A DNA stretch of 14,562 nt from Tolypothrix carrinoi HA7290-LM1 (GTDB taxonomy: Bacteria > Cyanobacteriota > Cyanobacteriia > Cyanobacteriales > Nostocaceae). Made by a program: the position numbers and the translations under genes. The stretch is from NCBI GenBank assembly GCA_019358935.1, contig JAHHIK010000157.1:1-14562 (forward strand), read 5' to 3'. Shown piece by piece: positions 1 through 8,612 of the stretch (the stretch's first letter is position 1; each line of letters begins with the position of its first letter). The notes under the pieces are model-generated. The model saw only the letters and a program-made list of their open reading frames with translations. It was not told the DNA's origin and did not search any database.

Positions 1-136
1 GGGGAGAGGGGGGGAGGGGGGGAGGGGGAGAGGGGGAGAGGGGGGAGCTGGGGGAGAGGGGGGGAGGGGGGGAGGGGGAGAGGGGGAGAGGGGGGAGCTG
101 GGGGAGAGGGGGGAGCTGGGGGAGCTGGGGGAGCAG
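1..136. repeat. G-rich low-complexity tandem repeat (GGGGAG/GGGGAGCTG units); 1-50 repeated exactly at 51-100
   Basis: Bases 1-50 and 51-100 are identical; the tract ends in GGGGGAGCT/GGGGGAGCA 9-mers. It runs off the window's left edge. Confidence 0.9.
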
Positions 137-139
137 GTT

Positions 140-216
140 GCCCAATGCCCAATTACCAATGCCCAATTACCAATGCCCAATTACCAATGCCCAATTACCA
201 ATGCCCAATTACCAAT
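140..216. repeat. Heptamer tandem repeat (STRR-type), 11 units, mostly alternating GCCCAAT/TACCAAT
   Basis: GCCCAAT followed by (GCCCAAT TACCAAT) x5, read directly. Heptamer STRRs are typical of heterocystous cyanobacteria. Confidence 0.95.
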
Positions 217-404
217 GTGTTTATTCAAACTTTTTTTTCAGTAATAAAACATAATACATTTTCACAAGAAAAATTAGCGAATCTCAGAAATTACACTTAT
301 ACTGTGACAACCAAGCAACAGCCTGAATGTAACTTTAGTTGATGTTTTATCGCCATCACTAAGATTATGATCGAATTTTGTAACCATTTCCTGTGACCAA
401 CACG

Positions 405-3263
405 ATGTCTGCTAATTCTTTGCCCGAAGGTGCCCCCGTTTGGCATAGTTTAGAAGTTAATAAAGCGTTAGACCTGCTCGATAGTAACGCAGACTCTGGC
501 TTGGCGTCCCAAGAAGTAGAACAGCGATTGCAGAAATACGGCACCAACGAACTAGAAGAAACTGGTGGTCGTAGTGCCTGGGAAATTCTACTCGATCAGT
601 TCAAGAACATTATGTTGTTGATGCTGATTGCCGTAGCCTTGATTTCTGGAGGTTTAGACTTCCTGTCTTGGCAATCGGGACAGCTTAAGCCTGGTGAAGT
701 ACCGTTTAAAGACACGATCGCTATTTTAGCGATTGTCATTCTCAATGGTATACTCGGCTATGTTCAAGAAAGTCGTGCCGAAAAAGCTCTCGCGGCTCTG
801 AAAAAACTTTCTTCTCCAAACGTGCGAGTTATCCGCGATCGCAAACTTTTTGATGTCGCCGGCAAGGATATTGTACCTGGAGATGTCATTTTCCTAGAAG
901 CCGGGGTGCAGATAGCCGCAGATGGACGCTTAATCGAAGAGTCTAATTTGCAAATTCGAGAGTCGGCACTAACGGGCGAAGCTGAAGCTGTAAATAAACA
1001 AGCCGTATTAACTTTACCGGAAGAAACATCACTAGGCGATCGCCTGAATTTAGTCTTTCAAGGTACAGAAGTTGTCCAAGGACGCGCTAAGGTTCTGGTA
1101 ACGAATACCGGAATGACAACAGAACTTGGAAAAATTGCCGCTTTGTTGCAGTCGGTAGAAAGTGAACCGACGCCTTTGCAGCAACGGATGACTCAATTAG
1201 GTAACGTTTTAGTTACTGGTTCTTTAATTTTAGTCGCGATCGTCATTGTCGGTGGTGTCATCGCCGCGAGAGGTTTTAGCAACCTCCAAGAACTTGTTGA
1301 AGTTTCTTTAAGTATGGCAGTCGCGGTAGTTCCCGAAGGTTTACCCGCTGTAATTACCGTCACTTTGGCATTAGGAACTCAGCGGATGGTAAAGCGAAAT
1401 GCTTTGATTCGCAAATTGCCAGCGGTAGAAACTTTAGGCAGTGTCACCACGATTTGCTCTGATAAAACTGGCACCCTAACTCAAAATAAAATGGTGGTGC
1501 AATCAGTTTATACCAATAACTCGTCTTTTCGCGTCACTGGTGAAGGATACGCCCCTACAGGCGATTTTCAATTGAACGGTGAAAATGTTTCTGTAGATCA
1601 ACATCCGGAAATCCCGGCTTTGCTTGTCGCTTGTGCCGTTTGTAATGATTCGGTGCTGCAACAAGATAAAGGGCAATGGACAATTTTAGGCGACCCGACA
1701 GAAGGTGCATTAGTCACGCTTGCCGGAAAAGCAGGTATTGAAAAAGACCAATGGAGTAGTAAATTACCGCGTGTAGCTGAGTTTCCCTTTTCTTCAGAAC
1801 GCAAGCGGATGAGCGTGATTGCTCAAGTTGAGGAAGTCTCTACAGGAGTATCACCGATGACAGCGGTCGATCCAGCGATCGCTCACATGTTAAATCAAGA
1901 ACGTTACTTAATGTTCACCAAAGGCTCACCAGAGTTGATTTTGGCACGTTGCACCCAAATTTATTTAGGCGATAAGTCAGCAGAATTAACGGACGCGCAA
2001 CGCAAACAAATTCTCGCCGAAAATGATAACATGGCGAGTAAAGGTTTGCGGGTGCTAGGTTTCGCCTACAAACCGTTGACACAAGTACCGCCAGAAAACT
2101 CAGATGAGACATCCGAGCAACAATTAGTCTGGCTGGGATTGGTGGGAATGTTGGATGCACCGCGCCCAGAAGTAAGGGCAGCTGTGCAAGAATGTCGGGA
2201 CGCGGGAATACGTCCGGTAATGATCACCGGCGATCACCAGTTAACAGCAAGAGCGATCGCTGCCGATTTAGGAATTGCCAAAGAAGGCGATCGCGTCCTC
2301 GTCGGTCAAGAATTGCAACGCATGAGCGACCAAGAACTAGAGCAAAATGTAGACTTGGTGAGCATTTACGCACGAGTAGCCCCAGAACACAAACTGCGAA
2401 TTGTGCAAGCATTGCAGCGTCGCGGTCGATTTGTGGCTATGACAGGCGATGGTGTCAACGATGCCCCCGCCCTCAAACAAGCTGATATCGGTATCGCGAT
2501 GGGCATCACAGGCACTGATGTGAGCAAAGAAGCCAGCGACATGGTGTTACTCGATGACAACTTTGCCACGATTGTTGCTGCCACCAAAGAAGGTAGAGTC
2601 GTATATACCAACATTCGCCGCTTTATTAAATACATCTTAGGTAGTAACATTGGCGAAGTTCTGACAATTGCCGCTTCACCGTTACTCGGTTTGGGAGGTG
2701 TTCCCCTGACACCGTTACAAATCTTATGGATGAACTTGGTTACAGATGGTTTACCAGCTTTAGCATTAGCTGTGGAACCTCCAGAACCGGATGTAATGCA
2801 ACGTCCACCTTTTAGTCCTCGCGAAAGTATTTTTGCTAGGGGATTGGGTTCTTATATGATTCGCATTGGGATTATCTTTGCTATAATATCGATTGCTTTG
2901 ATGTGGTGGGCTTACAATCATACCCATGCACCAGAGTATACAGGCAATCGCGATGCTTGGAAAACAATGGTATTTACAACATTGTGTCTTGCTCAGATGG
3001 GTCATGCGATCGCTATTCGCTCTAACAATCGACTAGCGATAGAGATGAATCCCTTTTCTAATATCTTTGTATTGGGAGCCGTGGTTGTAACGACAATTTT
3101 GCAATTGATGCTAATTTACGTCCCACCCCTGCGAGCTTTCTTTGGTACTCACTATCTCAATTTGCAAGAATTAGGGGTTTGCATCGGCTTCAGCGCTTTG
3201 ATGTTTGTCTGGATTGAAGCCGAGAAAATATTCTTCAGATTGATGGGTAAAAAAGTCGTTTAG
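405..3263 (+). CDS. pacL: Cation (Ca2+)-transporting P-type ATPase, type IIA, PacL-like
   Basis: Motifs SALTGE, VPEGL, DKTGTLT (phosphorylated Asp), [28 protein letters not shown] and [14 protein letters not shown] at 405 preferred; in-frame GTG at 393 is the alternative. Confidence 0.93.
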   Translation: MSANSLPEGAPVWHSLEVNKALDLLDSNADSGLASQEVEQRLQKYGTNELEETGGRSAWEILLDQFKNIMLLMLIAVALISGGLDFLSWQSGQLKPGEVPFKDTIAILAIVILNGILGYVQESRAEKALAALKKLSSPNVRVIRDRKLFDVAGKDIVPGDVIFLEAGVQIAADGRLIEESNLQIRESALTGEAEAVNKQAVLTLPEETSLGDRLNLVFQGTEVVQGRAKVLVTNTGMTTELGKIAALLQSVESEPTPLQQRMTQLGNVLVTGSLILVAIVIVGGVIAARGFSNLQELVEVSLSMAVAVVPEGLPAVITVTLALGTQRMVKRNALIRKLPAVETLGSVTTICSDKTGTLTQNKMVVQSVYTNNSSFRVTGEGYAPTGDFQLNGENVSVDQHPEIPALLVACAVCNDSVLQQDKGQWTILGDPTEGALVTLAGKAGIEKDQWSSKLPRVAEFPFSSERKRMSVIAQVEEVSTGVSPMTAVDPAIAHMLNQERYLMFTKGSPELILARCTQIYLGDKSAELTDAQRKQILAENDNMASKGLRVLGFAYKPLTQVPPENSDETSEQQLVWLGLVGMLDAPRPEVRAAVQECRDAGIRPVMITGDHQLTARAIAADLGIAKEGDRVLVGQELQRMSDQELEQNVDLVSIYARVAPEHKLRIVQALQRRGRFVAMTGDGVNDAPALKQADIGIAMGITGTDVSKEASDMVLLDDNFATIVAATKEGRVVYTNIRRFIKYILGSNIGEVLTIAASPLLGLGGVPLTPLQILWMNLVTDGLPALALAVEPPEPDVMQRPPFSPRESIFARGLGSYMIRIGIIFAIISIALMWWAYNHTHAPEYTGNRDAWKTMVFTTLCLAQMGHAIAIRSNNRLAIEMNPFSNIFVLGAVVVTTILQLMLIYVPPLRAFFGTHYLNLQELGVCIGFSALMFVWIEAEKIFFRLMGKKVV

Positions 3264-3287
3264 AAAGTTAAAAAGCGCAAAGGAGCG

Positions 3288-3316
3288 GTAGAGACGTTCC
3301 AATGGAACGTCTGTAC
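3288..3316. repeat. GTAG-type REP-like palindrome, copy 1 (one mismatch)
   Basis: GTAGAGACGTTCC-AAT-GGAACGTCTGTAC, 24 nt after the pacL stop. Confidence 0.85.
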
Positions 3317-3370
3317 AGGAGTTGGAAGTTATGAGTTGAAGAACATTTTGAATTCAAAACTTAAAATTAT

Positions 3371-3404
3371 TAACTCCTCACTCCTAACTCCTAACTCCTA
3401 ACTT
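3371..3404. repeat. Heptamer tandem repeat (TAACTCC)n directly upstream of recF
   Basis: TAACTCC TCACTCC TAACTCC TAACTCC TAACTT; degenerate reverse-complement units at 3318-3338. Confidence 0.85.
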
Positions 3405-3410
3405 TTCTCT

Positions 3411-4538
3411 ATGTACCTCAAATCCATTCACCTGAGACAGTTTCGCAATTATAAACAGCAGCAAGTTGATTTTACTGCTGCGAAAACGATTTTGGTGGGC
3501 AATAATGCTCAGGGAAAGTCGAATTTGTTGGAAGCGGTGGAGTTGTTAGCGACATTGCGATCGCATCGAATGGCACGCGATCGTGATTTAATTCAAGATG
3601 GGGAAATTGCATCTCAAATTAACGCGACTTTACAGCGACAAACTGGTGTAACCGATCTAACTTTAACTTTACGTCGCAATGGTCGCCGCACGGTTGCTCT
3701 TAATAGCGAGAATTTGCGGCGTCAGATGGATTTTCTCGGTGTGTTGAATGCGGTGCAGTTTTCTAGTTTAGATTTGGAACTGGTGCGCGGTGGTCCGGAA
3801 AATCGGCGAAACTGGTTAGATACACTTTTAATTCAACTTGAGCCGATTTACGCTCACATTTTGCAGCAATATAATCAGGTTTTGCGACAGCGTAATGCTT
3901 TTTTGAAACAAAATCAAGACTCAGCACTTAGCACTCAAGACTCAGAACTTGCTTTGTGGGATGCACAATTAGCTACCACGGGGACACGAGTAATTAGAAG
4001 ACGCGATCGCGCTTTACAACGATTAGCACCGATTGCTCAAGCTTGGCACGCTAGCATTAGCGGTAGTACAGAAATTTTACAAATTAATTACGTTCCTAGC
4101 GTTGCTTTAGAACAAAACCATCCAGAACAAATACAGCAAGCTTTTTTAGAAAAAATTCAGCTTCGAGCTGTTGCTGAACTTCGTCAAGGCACAACCCTTG
4201 TCGGTCCCCACCGCGACGAAGTAGAATTAACTATCAATCAAACACCCGCTCGTCAATACGGTTCTCAAGGTCAACAAAGAACGCTGGTACTAGCTTTAAA
4301 ACTAGCAGAATTACAACTAATTGAAGAAGTCGTTGGAGAACCACCACTGTTATTACTTGATGATGTTCTTGCTGAGTTAGATCCATCCCGGCAAAATCAA
4401 TTACTTGATGCCATTCAAGACCGTTTTCAAACTTTAATTACTACAACTCACCTCGGTTCTTTTGATTCTCAATGGTTAAATTCCTCGCAAATTCTTTTCG
4501 TTAAGGCAGGAGAAATATCATCCGCACCCGCTTTTTAG
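3411..4538 (+). CDS. recF: DNA replication/repair protein RecF
   Basis: N-terminal FRNY, Walker A GNNAQGKSN, GPHRD, signature GSQGQQR, Walker B LLLLDDV; 375 aa. Confidence 0.97.
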   Translation: MYLKSIHLRQFRNYKQQQVDFTAAKTILVGNNAQGKSNLLEAVELLATLRSHRMARDRDLIQDGEIASQINATLQRQTGVTDLTLTLRRNGRRTVALNSENLRRQMDFLGVLNAVQFSSLDLELVRGGPENRRNWLDTLLIQLEPIYAHILQQYNQVLRQRNAFLKQNQDSALSTQDSELALWDAQLATTGTRVIRRRDRALQRLAPIAQAWHASISGSTEILQINYVPSVALEQNHPEQIQQAFLEKIQLRAVAELRQGTTLVGPHRDEVELTINQTPARQYGSQGQQRTLVLALKLAELQLIEEVVGEPPLLLLDDVLAELDPSRQNQLLDAIQDRFQTLITTTHLGSFDSQWLNSSQILFVKAGEISSAPAF

Positions 4539-4591
4539 TTTACTAATATCATGTCCGCTTAATAAACAGTAATAAAAACATACCTACCGTC

Positions 4592-4620
4592 GTAGAGACG
4601 TTCCACTGGAACGTCTCTAC
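4592..4620. repeat. GTAG-type REP-like palindrome, copy 2 (perfect 13-bp arms)
   Basis: GTAGAGACGTTCC-ACT-GGAACGTCTCTAC, nested inside a wider imperfect inverted repeat (4546-4648). Confidence 0.88.
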
Positions 4621-4757
4621 AGTATGTGTGATTATTAGGACATGATCTAACGTATATTTTCCGGAGTAACTTAGAAATTGCTGTAGTAATATGTATATTA
4701 TAAGTAAAAAATCATACTCACTCTACCCCTAAATTAAATTTCCTGACGGTTTAAAAC

Positions 4758-5171
4758 ATGCCTAAAAGCAATTATTTTGTCGAAAAAAATGAAATTGCAT
4801 CGTTAGGTGCATCATTGCGAAGAATTGAGCAAAAGATACTTAAACAAAGTAAAAAAGGAGATATTAGCAGAGTTTGGTTCCAAGGAGAAGAACCCTATTT
4901 TGATATTTTTTTTGAATTAAAAAACGATCAAATAGCCTGGTTTCAATTTACTTTACGCGGTAGATCGCTTTCTTGGGATAGCAAAACACCAGGCTGGCAA
5001 ACAGGCACTACCAATGAATTAAAAGTAGATGATGTGAGTTTTTATGCAGCTAGTAAAACCATTGAAAATGATACTAAACTCGACAGTGAGTTTATCAATT
5101 TAGTACAGTCAATTCTGGAAACTAGGGCAGAAGAAACTGTTTTTGCTAAAGCACTAGCTTTGTTTAATTAA
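4758..5171 (+). CDS. Hypothetical protein (137 aa)
   Basis: Open ATG-started ORF filling the gap between recF and the MgtC gene, with a protein-like composition (e.g. VWFQGEEPYFDIFF, WFQFTLRG). No family recognised. Confidence 0.8.
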   Translation: MPKSNYFVEKNEIASLGASLRRIEQKILKQSKKGDISRVWFQGEEPYFDIFFELKNDQIAWFQFTLRGRSLSWDSKTPGWQTGTTNELKVDDVSFYAASKTIENDTKLDSEFINLVQSILETRAEETVFAKALALFN

Positions 5172-5740
5172 GACTTAGGCGGTATAAAGTTATTATCTTG
5201 ATTTGTGTCTGTAGAAATATTTTCCTCTGTTGGGGGAATTCGCAATATAGAAGTATCTTTTTGTTCGCGGTTGGTTTTTAAGTAATAACGTTTTTCTAAT
5301 CTTTTAAAAAGGTTGAGAACTAAAAAAGTCAGGACAACAGCAATTAATCCTAACTGCCATAAACCACAGCCAGCGACAATTCCCAAAGCAGCGGAAACCC
5401 AAATAGCTGCTGCCGATGTCAATCCGTGAACTTCAGAACGCTGTGATTTTTGGGAAGATTCACGTAAAATTTCTCCTCCACCAAGAAATCCTACACCAGC
5501 TGTAATTCCTTGAATGGTGCGACTAAGTGAATTATTATCTGGTTGAGTGGCATTTGTGAGCAGAGGTATGAGAGTAAACAACGCTGAACCAAAACATACC
5601 AACATATGAGTTCTTAAACCGGCTGGTTTGCGCTTAAATTGGCGTTCTAAGCCGATAACTGCCCCAAAAAGCAAAGCGAGGCATAGCCGGAAAGTGATAT
5701 TTAGCCAATCATCGGGCAAAAGGTAGTAAGTGCTTAACAA
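5168..5740 (-). CDS. MgtC/SapB family membrane protein
   Basis: IGLER, AGLRTHMLV, IQGITAGVGFLGGGEI and GLTSAAAIW motifs; hydrophobic helices; TTG start. Confidence 0.92.
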   Translation of the reverse strand: MLSTYYLLPDDWLNITFRLCLALLFGAVIGLERQFKRKPAGLRTHMLVCFGSALFTLIPLLTNATQPDNNSLSRTIQGITAGVGFLGGGEILRESSQKSQRSEVHGLTSAAAIWVSAALGIVAGCGLWQLGLIAVVLTFLVLNLFKRLEKRYYLKTNREQKDTSILRIPPTEENISTDTNQDNNFIPPKS

Positions 5741-5850
5741 TGCTTATATTTTTAGAGAAAAAATAATCTTATATTCTACTTTAATTATTAATATACAAAG
5801 CATGTGCAACTATATAAATTAACTAAACCCCCTTTTGCCGGGGTACAGGA

Positions 5851-5879
5851 GTAGAGACGTTCCGTCGGAACGTCTCTAC
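5851..5879. repeat. GTAG-type REP-like palindrome, copy 3 (perfect 13-bp arms)
   Basis: GTAGAGACGTTCC-GTC-GGAACGTCTCTAC in the divergent spacer between the MgtC and PEP-enzyme genes. Confidence 0.88.
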
Positions 5880-6007
5880 AATATGTCGAATTTATCGACG
5901 TTGTATGTCAAATCATCCCGCTTTTTCTGGAACGTTCAGGAGGAAGAGCGAAGGTAATAAGTAGATCGGATCTGACGAACTACCAGGAGATGACACCCGT
6001 AGTTACA

Positions 6008-6042
6008 TGACAACTGACTTTTAACAACTGACAATTAGCAAT
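6008..6042. repeat. Degenerate heptamer repeat (TGACAAC-like, 5 units)
   Basis: TGACAAC TGACTTT TAACAAC TGACAAT TAGCAAT immediately before the GTG at 6047. Confidence 0.6.
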
Positions 6043-6046
6043 TTGA

Positions 6047-8407
6047 GTGGATAAACTCTACTGGCTTGACCAAATTAAACTGCAAGACCGTGCCAAAGTT
6101 GGTGATAAAGCGTTTCACTTGGGCAGAATTATGCAGCGTGGCTACCCCGTGAAGCCTGGTTTTATAGTGGGTGCGTCAGTTTTGCGACAATTTCTGGAAA
6201 CTCTTAATAGTTCAGAGGCATTAGTCGCTGATTTGCCTTATTCTTCGTTACACCTAGATGTGGATAATTGGCGTCAATTGCAACAGGTGGCTGGTCACTT
6301 ACATCAGGAAATTATCACGGCGACTGTACCATCAAAGTGGGTGAATAAAATTCTCGAAGCTGCTAGAGAATGGAAAACTGGGTGTATAATTTTTCGACCT
6401 AGTGTGGCAATACCGACTGCAACGCATCAAGTAGGGAATATATCTGGGTTGCTGGAGTCGCAAATTTGCCGTTGTGACTATGAAGCGATCGCTTTAGCAT
6501 TAAAAACCACTTGGAGTCAATTATTTCGTGCCAAAAGTTTACTATATTGGCAACGAACCGGAATTGACCTGCGACAAATTAATTTAGCAGTTTTGGTGCA
6601 ACCAATTGAAAATGCACTCGCTAGCGGTTTACTCAATTCCAACTCAAGAGGATGGGATATTGAAGCAACCTGGGGATTGGGAATATCACTGCAACAGGGG
6701 GAAGTACAGCCGGATGTCTACTACATTCAACAAAAAACCGGCGTTGTCACAGAACGACAACTGGGCAATAAAATGCTTGCTTATCGTCTTGATGATACAC
6801 CACCCGATTCTTTGGCGCTAGATAATACTTGTTTGGTGGCAGATTTGCTTGAGTCATCTCAACAAAAACAGTACGCTTTACAAGAAGAATATTTGCAACA
6901 ATTAATTCAACTGGCGAATCTACTTGAAAATGACCTCGGTACAAATTATACCGTTGAGTGGACTATTTCTGAGGAATTTCCGGCTCCAAAGCTTTATCTG
7001 ACAAAAGTTAGCGCTCCTCAATTTGTCGTTTCCAATACATACTTTCTCAAGGGAATAGGAGCGGGGACCGGTCGTGTGACAGCGACAGCTTATGTAGTAA
7101 ATTCGCTTTTATCATCAGAACAACTACCCAAAGGAGTGATTTTGGTTGCACAAGCGATCGCCCCCGATTGGCTACCTTTAATGCAACAAGTCGTCGGTAT
7201 TATCACTGAAAAAGGGGGATTGACTAGCCATGCGGCAATTCTTGCCAGAGAGTTGGGCATCCCAGCAGTAGTCAGCGCAAAAGATGCTACAGCTTTAATT
7301 CAAACAGGTGCGAGTCTACTTTTGGATGGTGACAGAGGAGAAGTTTATCGTGTGAGAAAAGAAGATGGAGAAAGTCAGGAAGTTCCCCTTATTACCCAAG
7401 CGACACCAAAGCACAAAGCGCAATCTCAACTGGGCAACTTCACAACGGAACCTTTAGTCTCTGATTCCCCTATCCTTTTGTCAGCGCACCTACCCATGAT
7501 TGCTACACAGTTGCTGGTTAATTTGAGTCAGCCCAGCCTGATAGAGCAGGTGCAAAGTTTGCCTGTAGATGGGGTAGGATTGTTACGCTCAGAATTGATG
7601 GTGTTAACAATACTGGAGGGGCAACACCCTAATAGTTGGCTTTCTAGCGGACGGAAGGCAGAATTATTAGAGCGTTGGTCTGAGCAAATGATGCAGTTTG
7701 TTCGTGCTTTTGCACCACGACCAGTTTTTTATCGCTCTTTAGATTGGCGATCGCACGAACTGACATCATTTAGCTCTAATTTACCATCTTCCCCACAGTC
7801 GATGTTAGGTGAGCGTGGCACTTTTGCTTATTTGCAAAATTCCGCAGTTTTTGAGTTGGAACTTGAAGCAATAGCTGCAATACAGCAAGCAGACTACAAC
7901 AATATCCATTTAATATTGCCTTTTGTTCGCACTGTGGAAGAGTTTTCTTTTTGTCGTCAAAAAGTTGAGTCAGCAGGGTTAACTCAAAAGCCACAATTTC
8001 AACTTTGGATTATGGCAGAAGTGCCAAGCGTGCTATTTTTATTGCCAGAATATGTCAAAGCAGGTGTACAAGGAATTTCGATTGGTACAAATGACCTAAC
8101 TCAACTACTGTTAGGAGTAGATCGAGAACAAGGAGAGTTAGCGTCTTCATTTGATGAACGACATCCAGCGGTAATGAGTGCCGTAGCTCAACTAATTAAG
8201 ATGGCAAAATCTGCTCTTATTCCTTGCTCAATCTGCGGACAAGCACCAGCGCTGTATCCAGAAATTATTGATAAGTTGGTAGAATGGGGGATTACGTCTA
8301 TATCTGTGGAACCAGAAGCGGTATCGAGGACATATCAGGCGATCGCTCGTGCCGAACAAAGAATAATTTTAGAAGCAGCACGGCAACAAAGATTTAGCAG
8401 CAGTTGA
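6047..8407 (+). CDS. PEP synthase/pyruvate,water dikinase-like protein (PPDK_N-like + phospho-His mobile domain + PEP-binding barrel)
   Basis: GGLTSHAAILARELGIPAVV (catalytic His), GVGLLRSE, MAEVPS, ISIGTNDLTQ, ICGQAP. The N-terminal ATP-grasp region is recognisable but divergent. GTG start. Confidence 0.88.
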   Translation: MDKLYWLDQIKLQDRAKVGDKAFHLGRIMQRGYPVKPGFIVGASVLRQFLETLNSSEALVADLPYSSLHLDVDNWRQLQQVAGHLHQEIITATVPSKWVNKILEAAREWKTGCIIFRPSVAIPTATHQVGNISGLLESQICRCDYEAIALALKTTWSQLFRAKSLLYWQRTGIDLRQINLAVLVQPIENALASGLLNSNSRGWDIEATWGLGISLQQGEVQPDVYYIQQKTGVVTERQLGNKMLAYRLDDTPPDSLALDNTCLVADLLESSQQKQYALQEEYLQQLIQLANLLENDLGTNYTVEWTISEEFPAPKLYLTKVSAPQFVVSNTYFLKGIGAGTGRVTATAYVVNSLLSSEQLPKGVILVAQAIAPDWLPLMQQVVGIITEKGGLTSHAAILARELGIPAVVSAKDATALIQTGASLLLDGDRGEVYRVRKEDGESQEVPLITQATPKHKAQSQLGNFTTEPLVSDSPILLSAHLPMIATQLLVNLSQPSLIEQVQSLPVDGVGLLRSELMVLTILEGQHPNSWLSSGRKAELLERWSEQMMQFVRAFAPRPVFYRSLDWRSHELTSFSSNLPSSPQSMLGERGTFAYLQNSAVFELELEAIAAIQQADYNNIHLILPFVRTVEEFSFCRQKVESAGLTQKPQFQLWIMAEVPSVLFLLPEYVKAGVQGISIGTNDLTQLLLGVDREQGELASSFDERHPAVMSAVAQLIKMAKSALIPCSICGQAPALYPEIIDKLVEWGITSISVEPEAVSRTYQAIARAEQRIILEAARQQRFSSS

Positions 8408-8612
8408 GGAAAACTTACGAACATCAATATATCGATTCAACCGCAAAGCAGTTAATGCATCTAAAGCTTTCCGTGTAATTCCTCGCTGTTTTCATTCAGC
8501 CAGTCTGAAATTTTCGTAAACAGTTGTGTATGATCAAAGGTAAGACAAACCTAATAAAAAAGGTGACAGTAAATTCTCCACATCCATAACGCCTAAGAAT
8601 GACAACAAGGTA

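Noticed and set aside
145..342. 65-aa ORF MPNYQCPITNAQL... as a repeat peptide or RiPP precursor
   Set aside because: The repeated peptide is simply the translation of the 14-nt STRR unit; no leader or modifying enzymes are nearby.
365..3005. Short ORFs overlapping pacL (365-547, 1598-1804, 1915-2160, 2192-2485, 2224-2412, 2366-2650, 2766-3005)
   Set aside because: Shadow frames of a long conserved gene with no recognisable motifs.
3288..5879. Three 29-nt palindromes as a CRISPR array
   Set aside because: Copies are about 1.3 kb apart with whole genes between them; no spacers or cas genes.
5741..6046. Known riboswitch (M-box for MgtC, glycine, glnA) or NtcA box in the divergent spacer
   Set aside because: I could not match the consensus of these on either strand and found no GTA-N8-TAC; kept only as an unnamed structured candidate.
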